A DNA stretch of 64,000 bases, taken from Macrostomum hystrix. Taxonomy: Eukaryota > Animalia > Platyhelminthes. Both the position numbers and the translations under genes were made by a program. The notes below the pieces were generated by a model, which saw only the letters and a list, made by a program, of their open reading frames with translations, searched no databases and was not told where the DNA came from. This document shows, one piece after another, positions 13,001 to 25,970 of this stretch. The stretch lies in assembly GCA_950097015.1 (NCBI GenBank), contig CATNEN010000039.1, positions 16,926,001 through 16,990,000 of the forward strand, read 5' to 3'. The stretch's first letter is position 1. Each line of letters starts with the position of its first letter.

Positions 13001-16000
13001 ACACTAGAGACAGACACAGTTTAGAGACAGACACAGTTTAGAGACTGACACAGCAGAGACAGACACAGCAGAGACAGACACAGTAGAGACAGACACAGTT
13101 TAGAGACAGACACAGCAGAGACAGACACAGTAGAGACAGACACAGCAGAGACAGACACAGTTTAGAGACAGACACAGTTTAGAGACAGACACAGCAGAGA
13201 CAGACACAGCAGAGACAGACACAGTAGAGACAGACACAGTTTAGAGACAGACACAGCAGAGACAGACACAGCAGAGACAGACACAGTAGAGACAGACACA
13301 GTTTAGAGACAGACACAGCAGAGACAGACACAGTAGAGACACAGCAGAGACAGACACAGTAGAGACAGCCACAGTAGAGAGAGACACAGTAGAGACAGAC
13401 ACAGTTTAGAGACAGACACATTAGAGACAGCCACAGTAGACACACTAGAGACAGACACAGTTTAGAGACAGACACAGTTTAGAGACAGACACAGCAGAGA
13501 CAGACACAGTAGAGACAGACACAGTAGAGACAGACACAGCAGAGACAGACACAGTAGAGACAGACACAGCAGAGACAGACACAGTAGAGACAGACACAGC
13601 AGAGACAGACACAGTAGAGACAGACACAGCAGAGACAGACACAGTAGAGACAGACACAGCAGAGACAGACACAGTAGAGACAGCCACAGTAGAGATAGAC
13701 ACAGTAGAGACAGACACAGTTTAGAGGCAGACACATTAGAGACAGCCACAGTAGACACACTAGAGACAGACACAGTTTAGAGACAGACACAGTTTAGAGA
13801 CAGACACAGCAGAGACAGACACAGCAGAGACAGACACAGTTTAGAGACAGACACAGTTTAGAGACAGACACAGCAGAGACAGACACAGTAGAGACAGACA
13901 CATTAGAGACAGACACAGCAGAGACAGACACAGCAGAGACAGACACAGCAGAGACAGACACAGTAGAGACAGACACAGTTTAGAGACAGACACAGTTTAG
14001 AGACTGACACAGTAGAGACAGACACAGCAGAGACAGACACATTAGAGACAGACACATTAGAGACAGACACAGCAGAGACAGACACAGCAGAGACAGACAC
14101 AGCAGAGACAGACACAGTAGAGACACAGCAGGGACAGTCATCAACGATTCCTTGCTATTCTCAATAGTTTGCAAGCCGGGAAATGAGCACATCCTGCTGA
14201 CGGACGCCATTTTGGACTTCACCCAACGCCCGTCGTGCGTTGAAGACTTAGCCCGTCATCTCGACGCCCCAGTGATGCGTGCCGCAATGGAGCTGACAAC
14301 TGATTGGCCAAATGTACACCCTTCGCCTAGAAACTACATGCGGGCTGTTGCCTCCCTGTTGCTAAGGGACAATGCCACGCGTGATGGCGTCATGGTGCTG
14401 TACGACGACGGCTTTGGTAAGCTGTTTTGATTATTTTGTTTATTTATGTGATATTTTGTTTGTTTGCTGTTTTTGATTGTTGTTTGTTTGTTTGTTTGTT
14501 TGTTTGTTTGTTTGTTTGGGTGGTTGTTTGTTTGTTTGTTTGTTTGGTTGGTTGTTTGTTTCTTTGTTTGTTACCCATAGTTTGTTTGTTTGTTTGGTTG
14601 GTTGTTTGTTTCTTTGTTTGTTACCTATAGTTTGTTTGTTTGTTTGTTTGGGTGGTTGTTTGTTTGTTTGTTTGTTTGGTTGGTTGTTTGTTTCTTTGTT
14701 TGTTACCCATAGTTTGTTTGTTTGTTTGTTTGTTTGTTTGGTTGGTTGTTTGTTTGTTTGTTTGTTTGTTTGGTTGGTTGTTTGTTTGTTTGGTTGTTTG
14801 TTTGTTTGGTTGTTTGTTTGTTTGTTTGTTTGTTTGTTTGTTTGTTTGGTTGTTTGTTTCTTTGTTTGTTACCCATAGTTTGTTTGTTATTTTTTTAGGC
14901 GGTTTAACCTTCACAGGCTAGGGTAAAGTAAAATTAATATTTTATTTTTAGTTAGCATTGTGTGTCAATAAATAGTGACAGGTTAAAGCTGTTTGGTTGG
15001 TCAATGAGGAAGTTAATAATTTGTTAGCTAGGTAATTAATGTAAAGTCGATTGTGAGAGTCAATTTTTTTAGGTGATGCAGCGGTGAGTTGCTGAGCGAG
15101 ATAAGACCACAATTGATTGTGGTGCCCTCGAGCAGGCTTGTCGTAAAATTTATGCCCATGAGGAGCCAAACTCCAAGGCACAGTGAGTGAACTGTACGAG
15201 TGTCGATCTGCAAAAATGATGCCGAAGCTCAACAAAATTTGCAGACAGACAACTAAATTTGAATATTTAGGAAGCCACCTAACTCAAATCCCATCCATCC
15301 ACTCCTAGACGCGGGTTCCATCCTACCCTACGAGGACTACAGCTGGTACCCGCCCGTGTACCTGCGCAAGATTTCGTCCAATCCGGACGCGCTTCTCAAC
15401 GAAGCGAAATCGTTGCGCATAGCAGATTTTGTTGTCGCCGCGTCGGTTGCTAACGCCGCCAATGTGGTTGCTAGGGGCATCGAACTCGGACTGATGGGCG
15501 GTATCTATCACTGGTTTGTCACCACGAAGGATCTGGCTGACTTCGCCTGTCCAGCCTGCAAGGCTGGCGGTCAGCTGTTCTACTTCCGCCAGCGAGTCGC
15601 CAACGCCACCGCTTCAGCCGAAATCCAGGCCTCCGTATCCACGGCGATTGGCTCCGCGGTGTCCAAGCATCGCGAAATCGACATCCTACTGGCATACGAA
15701 TCAGTGACTGCCCTAGCCAGAGCTATGCGTGCTCAAATGGACTCAAACGGCGGCTTGCCGATGAACGCCAGCAATCGATTGAACTGCTTCGGCGCCTACA
15801 ATGCCAGCGCGCCCGTCAGGCTGAACGACTATTTGAGTAGGCTCAGGGCGGTGAGTGAGATCCAGACCTGATCTGTGTCTAACAGGTCTAACAAGTTACA
15901 AAACTGTCCCACCTACACACTTAGTGTCTAACACGTCTAACATGTCTAACATGTTACTGAACTCTCCCACCTACACTCTTAGTGTCTAACACGTCTAACA

Positions 16001-19000
16001 TGTCTAACATGTTACTGAACTCTCCCAGCTGCACTCTTAGTGTCTAACATATCTAAGAACGAATCATGTTTGAAATTTGCAGCTACCAAGTTATCCCAGT
16101 GTCATGGGAAATGTTAGTTTCGCGGGCACATTGCGCAACACTGATTCCACATTCGCCGTGACCCAACTGCTATTCAACACTACCGGCGAAGCCACAGAAG
16201 CAAAAGTGAATTTTATTTTTTCCGAACTACTTACAGTAGCTTAATGGATCATTTATACTGAATTTTCATTAATCAATTTTTTTATTCAGCTTGGCACCTG
16301 GACTCGAGCCAGAGGTCTCAGCGGTGCCGTGTCATCGGTGACCCTCACCTACCTGACTAAACGAAATCTCAATGTGCGACTTATTCACGTGAGTTAGGAG
16401 TCTGGCAGATAAGTAGACTAATTTGATGGAATAATTGGGTAAAAATACAATTAGACAAATACAGAAGACAGTGAGAAGTTCAGCCACAGGTAGAGAGAGA
16501 CAGTGAAAGGTAGACAGACAGTGAGAGGTAGAGAGACAGTGAGAGGTAGAGAGACAGAGAGGTAGACAGACATTAAGAGGTAGAGAGACAGTGAGAGGTA
16601 AAGAGACAGTGAGAGGTAGAGACAGTGAGAGCTAGAGAGACAGTGAGAGGTAGAGAGACAGTGAGAGGTACAGACAGTGAGAGGTATAGAGACAGTGAGA
16701 GGTAGAGAGACAGTGAGAGTTAGAGAGAGACAGTGAGAGGTAGAGAGACACTGAGAGTTAGAGAGAGACAGTGAGAGGTAGAGAGACAGTGAGAGGTAGA
16801 GAGACAGTGAGAGGTAGAGAGACAGTGAGAGGTAGAGACAGTGAGAGGTAGAGACAGTGAGAGGTAGAGACAGTGAGAGGTACAGACAGTGAGAGGTACA
16901 GACAGTGAGAGGTACAGACAGTGAGAGGTACAGACAGTGAGAGGTACAAACAGTGAGAGGTAGATAGACAGTGAGAGGTACAGACAGTGAGAGGTACAGA
17001 CAGTGAGAGGTAGAGAGACAGTGAGAGGTAGAGAGACAGTGAGAGGTAGAGACAGTGAGAGGTAGAGACAGTCAGAGGTAGAGACAGTGAGAGGTAGACA
17101 GAAGCGGAGGGTACGGAAATCATGTGAAAGCAGTGAATATAAGGTTCACCAGCATCAAAAGCAATGCATTTCCGAATCTCTCAGGATCCACCATTCGTGG
17201 TGAAGCTGCCCAATGGTACATTCACCGGCTACAGCGTCGACATGCTGCAGGGCATCGCGCAGCGAATGAACATCGACTACAACCTGATGGAGCAGCCGGA
17301 TGGTGCCTATGGCGTGCTGCAGCCGAACGGCTCCTGGAACGGCATGATGGGCGCACTGCAGAGAGGGGTCTGGCAGTGAATATGAATTGGGCTAGGGAGA
17401 ATCGAATCGATAGATGAGGTGTGAGAGGGAGAGAGAGAGTTGTGAGAGGAGTGAGAGGGAGAGGAGTGAGAGGGAGAGAGAGAGGTGTGAGAGGAGTGAG
17501 AGGGAGAGGAGTGAGAGGGATAGGTGTGAGAGGGAGAGGGGTGAGAAGGAGAAGAGTGAGAGGGAGAGGTGTGAGAGGGAGAGGTGTGAGAGGGAGAGGT
17601 GTGAGAGGGAGAGGAGTGAGAAGGAGAAGAGTGAGAGGGAGAAGAGTGAGAGGGAGAGGGGTGAGAGGGAGAGAGAGGTGTGAGAGGAGTGAGAGGGAGA
17701 GGAGTGAGAGGGATAGGTGTGAGAGGGAGAGGGGTGAGAAGGAGAAGAGTGAGAGGGAGAGGGGTGAGAGGGAGAGGTGTGAGAGAGAGAGGAATGAGAG
17801 GGAGAGGGGTGAGAGAGAGAGGAATGAGAGGGAGAGGGGTGAGAGGGAGAGGAGTGAGAGGGAGAGGTGTGAGAGGGAGAGGAGTGAGAGGGAGAGGTGT
17901 GAGAGGGAGAGGGGTGAGAGGGAGAGGTGTGAGAGGGAGAGGGGTGAGAGGGAGAGGATCGTGAGAGGGAGAGGGGTGAGAGGGAGAGGTGTGAGAGGGA
18001 GAGGTGTGAGAGGGAGAGGGGTGAGAGGGAGAGGTGTGAGAGGGAGAGGTGAGAGAGAGGGGTGACAGGGAGAGGAGTCAGATATAGGGATTTTAAGAAT
18101 GAAATGTGATTCCCTAAAAATCATTGTCCCGGTTAAATTAATCCCGCCTCACAATAACATCGCCTTCAGGAGGCTGACATGGCCATCGGACCCATCACCA
18201 TCACGGCTCAGCGGGAGCAGGTGGCAGACTTCTCAGTCCCAATCTACGACTACGTGTCACTGCAGATTGTGCTGAAGAAACCAGCAGCTAGCAGTGACCA
18301 GACCTTCTTCTTGAAGGCATTCACCTGGGATGTGTGGGTGTGCATCATTGCCATCGTGACAGTGACAGGCTTCCTCATATTCTTTGTTGATAAGTGAGCA
18401 ATCCTTCCAATCGATGAAGGGGTGAGAATGGCAGTCCTTCCCATCGATGAAGGGGTGAGAATTGCAATCCTTCCAATCGATGAAGGGGTGAGAATTGCAG
18501 TCCTTCCAATCGATGAAGGGGTGAGAATGGCAGTCCTTCCCATCGATGAAGGGGTGAGAATTGCAATCCTTCCCATCGATGAAGGGGTGAGAATTGCAAT
18601 CCTTCCCATCGATGAAGGGGTGAGAATTGCAATCCTTCCCATCGATGAAGGGGTGAGAATTGCAATCCTTCCAATCGATGAAGGGGTGAGAATTGCAATC
18701 CTTCCAATCGATGAAGGGGTGAGAATTGCAATCCTTCCCATCGATGAAGGGGTGAGAATTACAATCCTTCCAATCGATGAAGGGGTGAGAATTGCAGTCC
18801 TTCCAATCGATGAAGGGGTGAGAATTGCAATCCTTCCCATCGATGAAGGGGTGAGAATTGCAGTCCTTCCCATCGATGAAGGGGTGAGAATTGCAGTCCT
18901 TCCCATCGATGAAGGGGTGAGAATTGCAGTCCTTCCCATCGATGAAGGGGTGAGAATTGCAGTCCTTCCAATCGATGAAGGGGTGAGAATTGCAATCCTT

Positions 19001-22000
19001 CCAATCGATGAAGGGGTGAGAATGGCAATCCTTCCCATCGATGAAGGGGTGAGAATTGCAATCCTTCTCATCGATGAACGGGTGAGAATTGCAGTCCTTC
19101 CCATCGATGAAGGGGTGAGAATTGCAGTCCTTCCCATCGATGAAGGGGTGAGAATTACAATCCTTCCCATCGATGAAGGGGTGAGAATTACAATCCTTCC
19201 CATCGATGAAGGGGTGAGAATTACAATCCTTCCAATCGATGAAGGGGTGAGAATTGCAGTCCTTCCCATTGATGAAGGGGTGAGAATTGCAGTCCTTCCC
19301 ATCGATGAAGGGGTGAGAATTGCATAACCTACCCCTCGCCACCAAAGGGTCAGCCCGTTCTCCTTCCAAAATCGCTACCGCAACGATCAAGTTCGGGACG
19401 GAGAAGCTGAAGGCAAAGTGTTCACCATCAAGGAGTCGCTGTGGTACGTACTCGGCGCCTACACTCAGGCTGGCGAAAGCTTTGATCCGCGCTCAATGTC
19501 CTGCCGAACAATCATCATCGGCTTCTGGCTATTCGGCTACCTGATGATGTCTTTGTACACAGCCAACCTGGCCGCCCAGCTGACCGTGGACAAGCTCGTC
19601 CAACCGCCGCAGGGTTTCGACGAGTTGACAACCCAGGCTGCGGTAAAGTACACAGTTATCAAGGACACTGCCGCCTATGAACACTTTCAACGGATGATGA
19701 ACGCAGAGAAAAGTCTGTACAATTATTGGCTAACTAGCGGCATCGGCACTGAGGAGACTGTTAACCAGGTCAGTGCCGAATGGGGGATGGTTATTGACAC
19801 GGAGATTAATTAGAGACCACAAATATTTACCTTGCCAGGTAGCCGCCCTGGAGACCTGGAAGTACCCGGTGATCGAGCGGTACACAGCCGTCTGGGGCCG
19901 TATGACTCGTTGGGGCTTCGCAGCCAGCACCGAGGACGCTTTAAAAAAGATTCGCGAAGATAATATGGCCATCTTCTTGGACAGCGCACTGGTGAAATAC
20001 TACATGGCCCAGACCTGCGACCTCATGACCGTCGGAGAGCCGTTCGCGCCCAGGCCGTACGGTGTGGCGCTGAGGCAAAATTCGCCTCTACTGAAGGCGC
20101 TCAATGTTGCGTGAGTGTCTATGTACATTTCCGTGCGCTCTCTGAATGTACATTGCCGTGCGCTCTCTGAATGTACATTGCCGTGCGCTCACTGAATGTA
20201 CATTGCCGTGCGCTCACTGAATGTACATTTCCGTGCGCTCACTGAATGTACATTTCCGTGCGCTCACTGAATGTACATTTCCGTGCGCTCACTGAATGTA
20301 CATTGCCGTGCGCTCACTGAATGTACATTGCCGTGCGCTCACTGAATGTACATTGCCGTGCGCTCTCTGAATCGTATTTGCACGGAATTGCTAAAAGTCG
20401 TCCTAAAAACTTTCCGAGAATGTCTCCGTTGCTGCATGAGTCGAGTGCAAATAATTCATATCGGCTTCATCTTCTTGCCGCCCCTTTCTCTCGAGGCAAT
20501 AATTAGCCTGTCACCTGCACTCGATTGATTGCTCATTAGTTTCGCCTAATGGTATCGAATGCCTTTTTCTTGAGCGAAAATCCCCGCCTAGCAACTAGTG
20601 TTTACGTCTTCACAATGGGATGATTGATTTATCCAGAATTTTTATCCTCGCCGAACCTATAGAATTTCATACCTTCGATGGCCGAGAGATAATCCGGGTA
20701 ATCCGATGATTGCAAAGGGCCCAATTATTTCTCACCTTTATTATCAATCTGGAATTGATTTTTTTATTGAGTTGCCCAATTGCCGCTCACAAAAACACCA
20801 CCACTGCAGGGTACTGAATCTGAACGAGAATCGGGTCACGGACACACTCAAGCAGTTGTGGTGGTCGGCCAACAAAGTCACCTGTCCAGTGACAGATTCC
20901 TCATCTGGTTAGTGCGCTAATCTCACTACTGACCGATTTAGTCCAAAGAGCAGTAGTACTATTAGGCTTTTGTGCTGCTCAATTTGTTTTTTTAATGCTC
21001 AAAAATAGCCCGCTATAAATTTCGGGCAATCGGTGCGATTAAAACCGTAGTCACAAAAAGTTATAAATCCCGAAATTCCTCACTTTCTAAAATCCTAAAT
21101 CCATAAAATCCTCAATCCTAAAATCCTCAATCCTAAAATCCTCAATCCTAAAATCCCCAATCCCTAAAATCCTAAATCAATAAAATCCTCCCTAAAATCC
21201 TCTCTAAAATCCTCTATCCCTTAAATCCTCCATCCTTTAAATCCCCAATCCCTAAAATCCTAAATCAATAAAATCCTCCCTAAAATCCTCCATCCCTTAA
21301 ATCCTCAATCCTAAATTACTAAATCCCTCAAATTCACAATCCCTAAAATCCACAATCCCTAAAATCCACAATCCCTCAAATCCTCAATCCCTCAAATCCT
21401 CAATCTTAAAATCCTAAATCTCTAAAATCGTCAATCCCTCAAATCCTCAATCCTAAAATCCACAATCCCTAAATTCCAGAATCCCTAAAATCCACAATCC
21501 CTAAAATCCACAATCCCTAAAATCCACAATCCCTCAAATCCACAATCCCTCAAATCCTCAATCTTAAAATCCTAAACCCCTAAAATCCACAATCCGTAAA
21601 ATCGTCAATCCGTAAAATCCACAATCCCTCAAATCCACAATCCCTCAAATCCACAATCCCTCAAATCCACAATCTCTCAAATCCTAAACCCCTGAAATCC
21701 ACAATCTCTCAAATCCTCAATCCTGAAATCCACAATCCCCAAAATCCACAATCCCTCAAATCCTCAATCCTAAAATCCTAAACCCCTGAAATCCACAATC
21801 CGTAAAATCGTCAATCCGTAAAATCCACAATCCCTGAAATCCACAATCCCTCAAATCCACAATCCCTCAAATCCTCAATCCTGAAATCCACAATCCCTAA
21901 AATCCACAATCTCTCAAATTCAAAATCCCTCAAATTCTCAATCCTAAAATCCTAAATCCCTAAAATCCTCCCTAAAATCGCCAATCCGTAAAATCGTCAA

Positions 22001-23137
22001 TTCCTGAAATCACCACTTCCCTAAAATTTTCAACTCCTAAAACTATTTGCCTCAAGCTTTCCTTAACTAATCGGTCAATCCTAATAACATCAATTTTTCA
22101 AGTCTTTAAAAGGCTTTGCACTGCAGTATTAAAAAAACTGCCTTTGAAATCTCACATTTACGTACATATGAACTTATAAGTGAGTTATTGTCAACCTGTC
22201 CGAACAACAGGCCTCAGTCTGCAGACACTCGGTGGAGCATTCATTTTCTTCTGCATCGGGGTCGGCATCGCTATTATTGTCTTCATCGGAGAGAAAATTG
22301 TCGCCAAAATTTACGGCGTCGAATGGGCTAAGGATGTGAGCATAGACAGGGATACTTGAATGCCTTATTGAACTGTTAGACAAGCACAGTTAGACATACG
22401 GTTAAACACACTGTTAGACACACTGTTAGACACACTGTTAGACACACTGTTAGACACACTGTTAGACACACAGTTAGACATACTAGTTAGATACACAGTT
22501 AGACATACTGTTAGACACACTGTTAGACACACTGTTAGACACACTGTTAAACACACTGTTAGACACACTGTTAGACACACTGTTAGACGCACTGTTAGAC
22601 ACACTGTTAGACACACTGTTAAACACACTGTTAGACACACTGTTAGACACACTGTTAGACACACTGTTAGACACACTGTTAGACACACTGTTAGACACAC
22701 TGTTAGACACACTGTTAGACACACTGTTAGACGCACTGTTAGACACACTGTTAGACACACTGTTAGACACTCTGTTAGACCATCAACCCTCCCAGGAGAC
22801 CAAGGAGACCAAGCAGAACACCCTGATGATGATGGTCGGTCCGTCGACCGCCACCCTCCGCGCCTCGAACTCGTCCATCCGGCCTGCCACAGGCGGCCTG
22901 CCTCGACCTGTGGTGGGGCACCACCGGGCCAGCGGTCGCAGCAGCTCGGGCCGGCGTCGCAGCAGCGTCGGCCCGTCGGCCGCCTACAGGGTCGACGAAC
23001 ATCGGGCCGACGACAAGCCTACATCGGCGGAGGACATCGAACTGGGCCACAAGCCGATCGCATCGACAAAGTCGAATGTTACCTCCGGCGGCGAGGAAAA
23101 TCGCGTCGAAAAAGGCGTCGATGTGCCGAAAGAGTAG
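10052..23137 (+). CDS. Ionotropic receptor (iGluR superfamily), divergent IR25a/IR8a-like co-receptor, 13 exons, 976 aa
   Basis: Exons 10052-10151, 11396-11548, 14168-14416, 15309-15850, 16083-16205, 16290-16388, 17185-17367, 18170-18393, 19348-19768, 19839-20110, 20810-20907, 22211-22335, 22796-23137. All introns are GT-AG, phases match, and the sum is 2931 nt. Contains a signal peptide, ATD, S1 (DPPFV..GYSVDML..WNGMMG..EADMAIGPITITAQRE), M1, pore loop, M3 LYTANLAAQL, S2 with the FQRMMNAE..WKYPV loop, and M4 LGGAFIFF. Confidence 0.92.
10200..11285. repeat. 16-bp minisatellite GAGATAATGGGAGATT, two blocks in intron 1
   Basis: Blocks at about 10200-10615 and 10785-11285. Confidence 0.9.
11565..14130. 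repeat. 15/17-bp minisatellite AGAGACAGACACAG(C/T/TTT) filling intron 2
   Basis: 2.5-kb tandem array; source of all VSVS/LCLS ORFs. Confidence 0.97.
14450..14890. repeat. (TTTG)n microsatellite with an embedded higher-order unit
   Basis: TTTG runs punctuated by TTACCCATAG. Confidence 0.9.
15135..15197 (+). mobile_element. Degraded copy of the SINE body also found at 63488-63660
   Basis: GGCTTGTCGTAAAATTTATGCCCATGAGGAGCCAAACTCCAAGGCACAGTGA aligns to the reverse complement of 63493-63543. Confidence 0.6.
16465..17100. repeat. 16/18-bp minisatellite AGACAGTGAGAGGTAG(AG)
   Basis: Tandem array in intron 6. Confidence 0.95.
17415..18065. repeat. 15-bp purine-rich minisatellite GTGAGAGGGAGAGG(T/A/G)
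   Basis: Tandem array in intron 7. Confidence 0.95.
18398..19324. repeat. 33-bp minisatellite GAGAATTGCAGTCCTTCCCATCGATGAAGGGGT filling intron 8
   Basis: About 28 units from just after the donor to about 25 nt before the acceptor; imperfect palindrome centred on ATCGAT. Confidence 0.97.
20121..20372. repeat. 25-bp minisatellite ACTGAATGTACATTGCCGTGCGCTC
   Basis: About 10 units; contains the perfect palindrome AATGTACATT. Confidence 0.95.
21085..22020. repeat. Degenerate 14-16-bp repeat AATCCCTAAAATCCAC
   Basis: Variable AAATCC-based units in intron 11. Confidence 0.9.
22370..22780. repeat. 12-bp minisatellite CTGTTAGACACA
   Basis: Tandem array filling intron 12. Confidence 0.95.
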
Positions 23138-23426
23138 TTCTGTGTGCACTTTTCTGCGACTCTTTTACGCTACTACTACTGATGAATGATCTCTCAGTAG
23201 TCAGTTAAAGGCTTGGAAACATTGTTTTTTACTGTGGCTCGTTTAAGCACCTGCAAATTCAGATCTATAAGTTAGCTTATAACCTATTATTTTGCACATT
23301 TAATTTTAATACATTTTTTGTTTTCACATTCTCGTGTTCCACAATACTCCCCCAAATCCTCTTCAGAATCCTTAAGACTCCAATCAAGATCTCTTCAGGA
23401 CAGTGTTAAAAGATCCCATTATTATA

Positions 23427-23870
23427 AGTTCATCAAGATCTCCTCAGATCCAGTTCATCAAGATTCCTTCAGGTCCAGTTCATCAAGATCCCCTCAGGTC
23501 CAGTTCATCAAGATCCCCTCAGGTCCAGTTCATCTAGATCCCCTCAGGTCCAGTTCATCAAGATCCCCTCATGTCCAGTTCATCAAGATCCCCTCAGGTC
23601 CAGTTCATAAAGATCCCCTCAGGTCCAGTTCATCAAGATCCCTCAGGTCCAGTTCATCAAGATCCCCTCAGGTCCAGTTCATAAAGATCCCCTCAGGTCC
23701 AGTTCATAAAGATCCCCTCAGGTCCAGTTCATCTAGATCCCCTCAGGTCCAGTTCATCAAGATCCCCTCAGGTCCAGTTCATCAAGATCCCCTCAGGTCC
23801 AGTACATCAAGATCCCCTCAGGTCCAGTTCATGAGATCCCCTCAGGTCCAGTTCATGAAGATCCACTCAG
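23427..23870 (+). repeat. 25-bp minisatellite AGGTCCAGTTCATCAAGATCCCCTC (left arm of an inverted pair)
   Basis: Tandem units; the reverse-complement array lies at 26885-27527. Confidence 0.95.
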
Positions 23871-24854
23871 GGTTGCTCAAAATCACCTCCGTTTCTTAAA
23901 ATCCCATCAGGGATCTCAAGATTCCTTCAGGGTCCCCTCATTATTCTTCAATGCCACATCAGGGTCTCCCGGAATACCCTAAGGTTTTAGGGTATAACAT
24001 CAAAATCAGCAGCCCCTTAAAGCAGTTCCACTATAAACAAAATTTTACCAATATGATAATCCCTAATTAGTCATCTGAAGCTTTGAGTTTCTTCATTCAA
24101 TAACCGCTTTTTACCTCAGCAACACCTCACAATTCACTTTGCCGTTAGTATGGACTGCTAAATAATAGTTACTCGTACTATGCACTATGTTTAGCAGTCC
24201 CTTGCATATTTGGTAATAGAGAATCTGATAGTAGAAGTACTCAAGACTCACGATTATATGAGCGTGCATTTTTCTGCGGGGACTTTTTTGTCTATGGCCA
24301 AAATGATGTCAGAACTGTAAGCAAGCAATTAAATACAGCTTATGGAGCTGCTGCATAACATGGGTTTCTGTGAATCAATTTGGTTTACCAATTACTGAAA
24401 TTAAACATTGCATCTATATTCGTATATGTCCTCATTCAATATGCTAAAACTGGCCAATTTATTCCGAGAATCGTGAGTCTTGTGACCATCTTTGTTCACT
24501 ATGAGAGTGTCCAATATTTTTAATTAGATTTGTTATTAACTGCATCAAATCGGCAAAACACTGTAATGACGTAATTATAAAATTTAACTACACTCTTAAA
24601 GCACTACTTTTAAAGTCATGTAGTAAGTAGTATGCATCGAATTAAAAAAGTTATAAACCTCTCGTTAAAAACTTTTTTTGCACAAATAAAAGCTTTTTCA
24701 ACAACGATTTTCTGTGAAACGATGATAACCCCTGTTGACTCGTCTATGATTTCTTTATTTCACTAGAAAATTAAAATACATTCGACAATTCGTGTTTATA
24801 GGCTTCTGTTTCTTCGGGTTTTGCACAATTTCCGTTTATCGGGTTTTGATCAGC

Positions 24855-25970
24855 TTCGGGCTCTGCACAGTTTCGGGTGTCTACACAGTTTCGCGTTCTG
24901 CACAGTTTCGGGTTCTGCACAGTTTCGGGTTTTGCACAGTTTCGGGTGTCTCCACAGTTTCGCGTTCTGCACAGTTTCGGGTTCTGCACAGTTTCGGGTT
25001 CTGCACAGTTTCGGGTTCTGCACAGTTTCGGGTTCTGCACAGTTTCGGGTTCTGCACAGTTTCGGGTTCTGCACAGTTTCGGGTGTCTACACAGTTTCGC
25101 GTTCTGCACAGTTTCGGGTTCTGCACAGTTTCGGGTTTTGCACAGTTTCGGGTGTCTCCACAGTTTCGCGTTCTGCACAGTTTCGGGATCTGCACAGTTT
25201 CGGGTTCTGCACAGTTTCGGGTTCTGCACAGTTTCGGGTTCTGCACAGTTTCGGGTTCTGCACAGTTTCGGGTTTTGCACAGTTTCGGGTTCTGCACAGT
25301 TTCGGGTTCTGCACAGTTTCGGGTTCTGCACAGTTTCGGGTTCTGCACAGTTTCGGGTTTTGCACAGTTTCGGGTGTCTCCACAGTTTCGCGTTCTGCAC
25401 AGTTTCGGGTTCTGCACAGTTTCGGGTTCTGCACAGTTTCGCGTTCTGCACAGTTTCGGGTTCTGCACAGTTTCGGGTTTTGCACAGTTTCGGGTGTCTC
25501 CACAGTTTCGCGTTCTGCACAGTTTCGGGTGTCTACACAGTTTCGCGTTCTGCACAGTTTCGGGTTCTGCACAGTTTCGGGTTTTGCACAGTTTCGGGTG
25601 TCTCCACAGTTTCGGGTTCTGCACAGTTTCGGGTTCTGCACAGTTTCGGGTTCTGCACAGTTTCGGGTTCTGCACAGTTTCGGGTTCTGCACAGTTTCGG
25701 GTTTTGCACAGTTTCGGGTTCTGCACAGTTTCGGGTTCTGCACAGTTTCGGGTTCTGCACAGTTTCGGGTTCTGCACAGTTTCGGGTTCTGCACAGTTTC
25801 GGGTTCTGCACAGTTTTGGGTTCTGCACAGTTTCGGGTTCTGCACAGTTTCGGGTTCTGCACAGTTTCGGGTTCTGCACAGTTTCGGGTTCTGCACAGTT
25901 TCGGGTTCTGCACAGTTTCGGGTTCTGCACAGTTTCGGGTTCTGCACAGTTTCGGGTTCTGCATAGTTTC
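24855..25970. repeat. 17-bp minisatellite CACAGTTTCGGGTTCTG
   Basis: Long homogeneous array; unit length is not a multiple of 3 and it has no stops, so all six frames are open. Confidence 0.97.

Noticed and set aside
21085-22020. Interstitial telomeric repeat
   Set aside because: CCCTAAAA occurs only sporadically in a degenerate 14-16-bp unit; there is no (TTAGGG)n run
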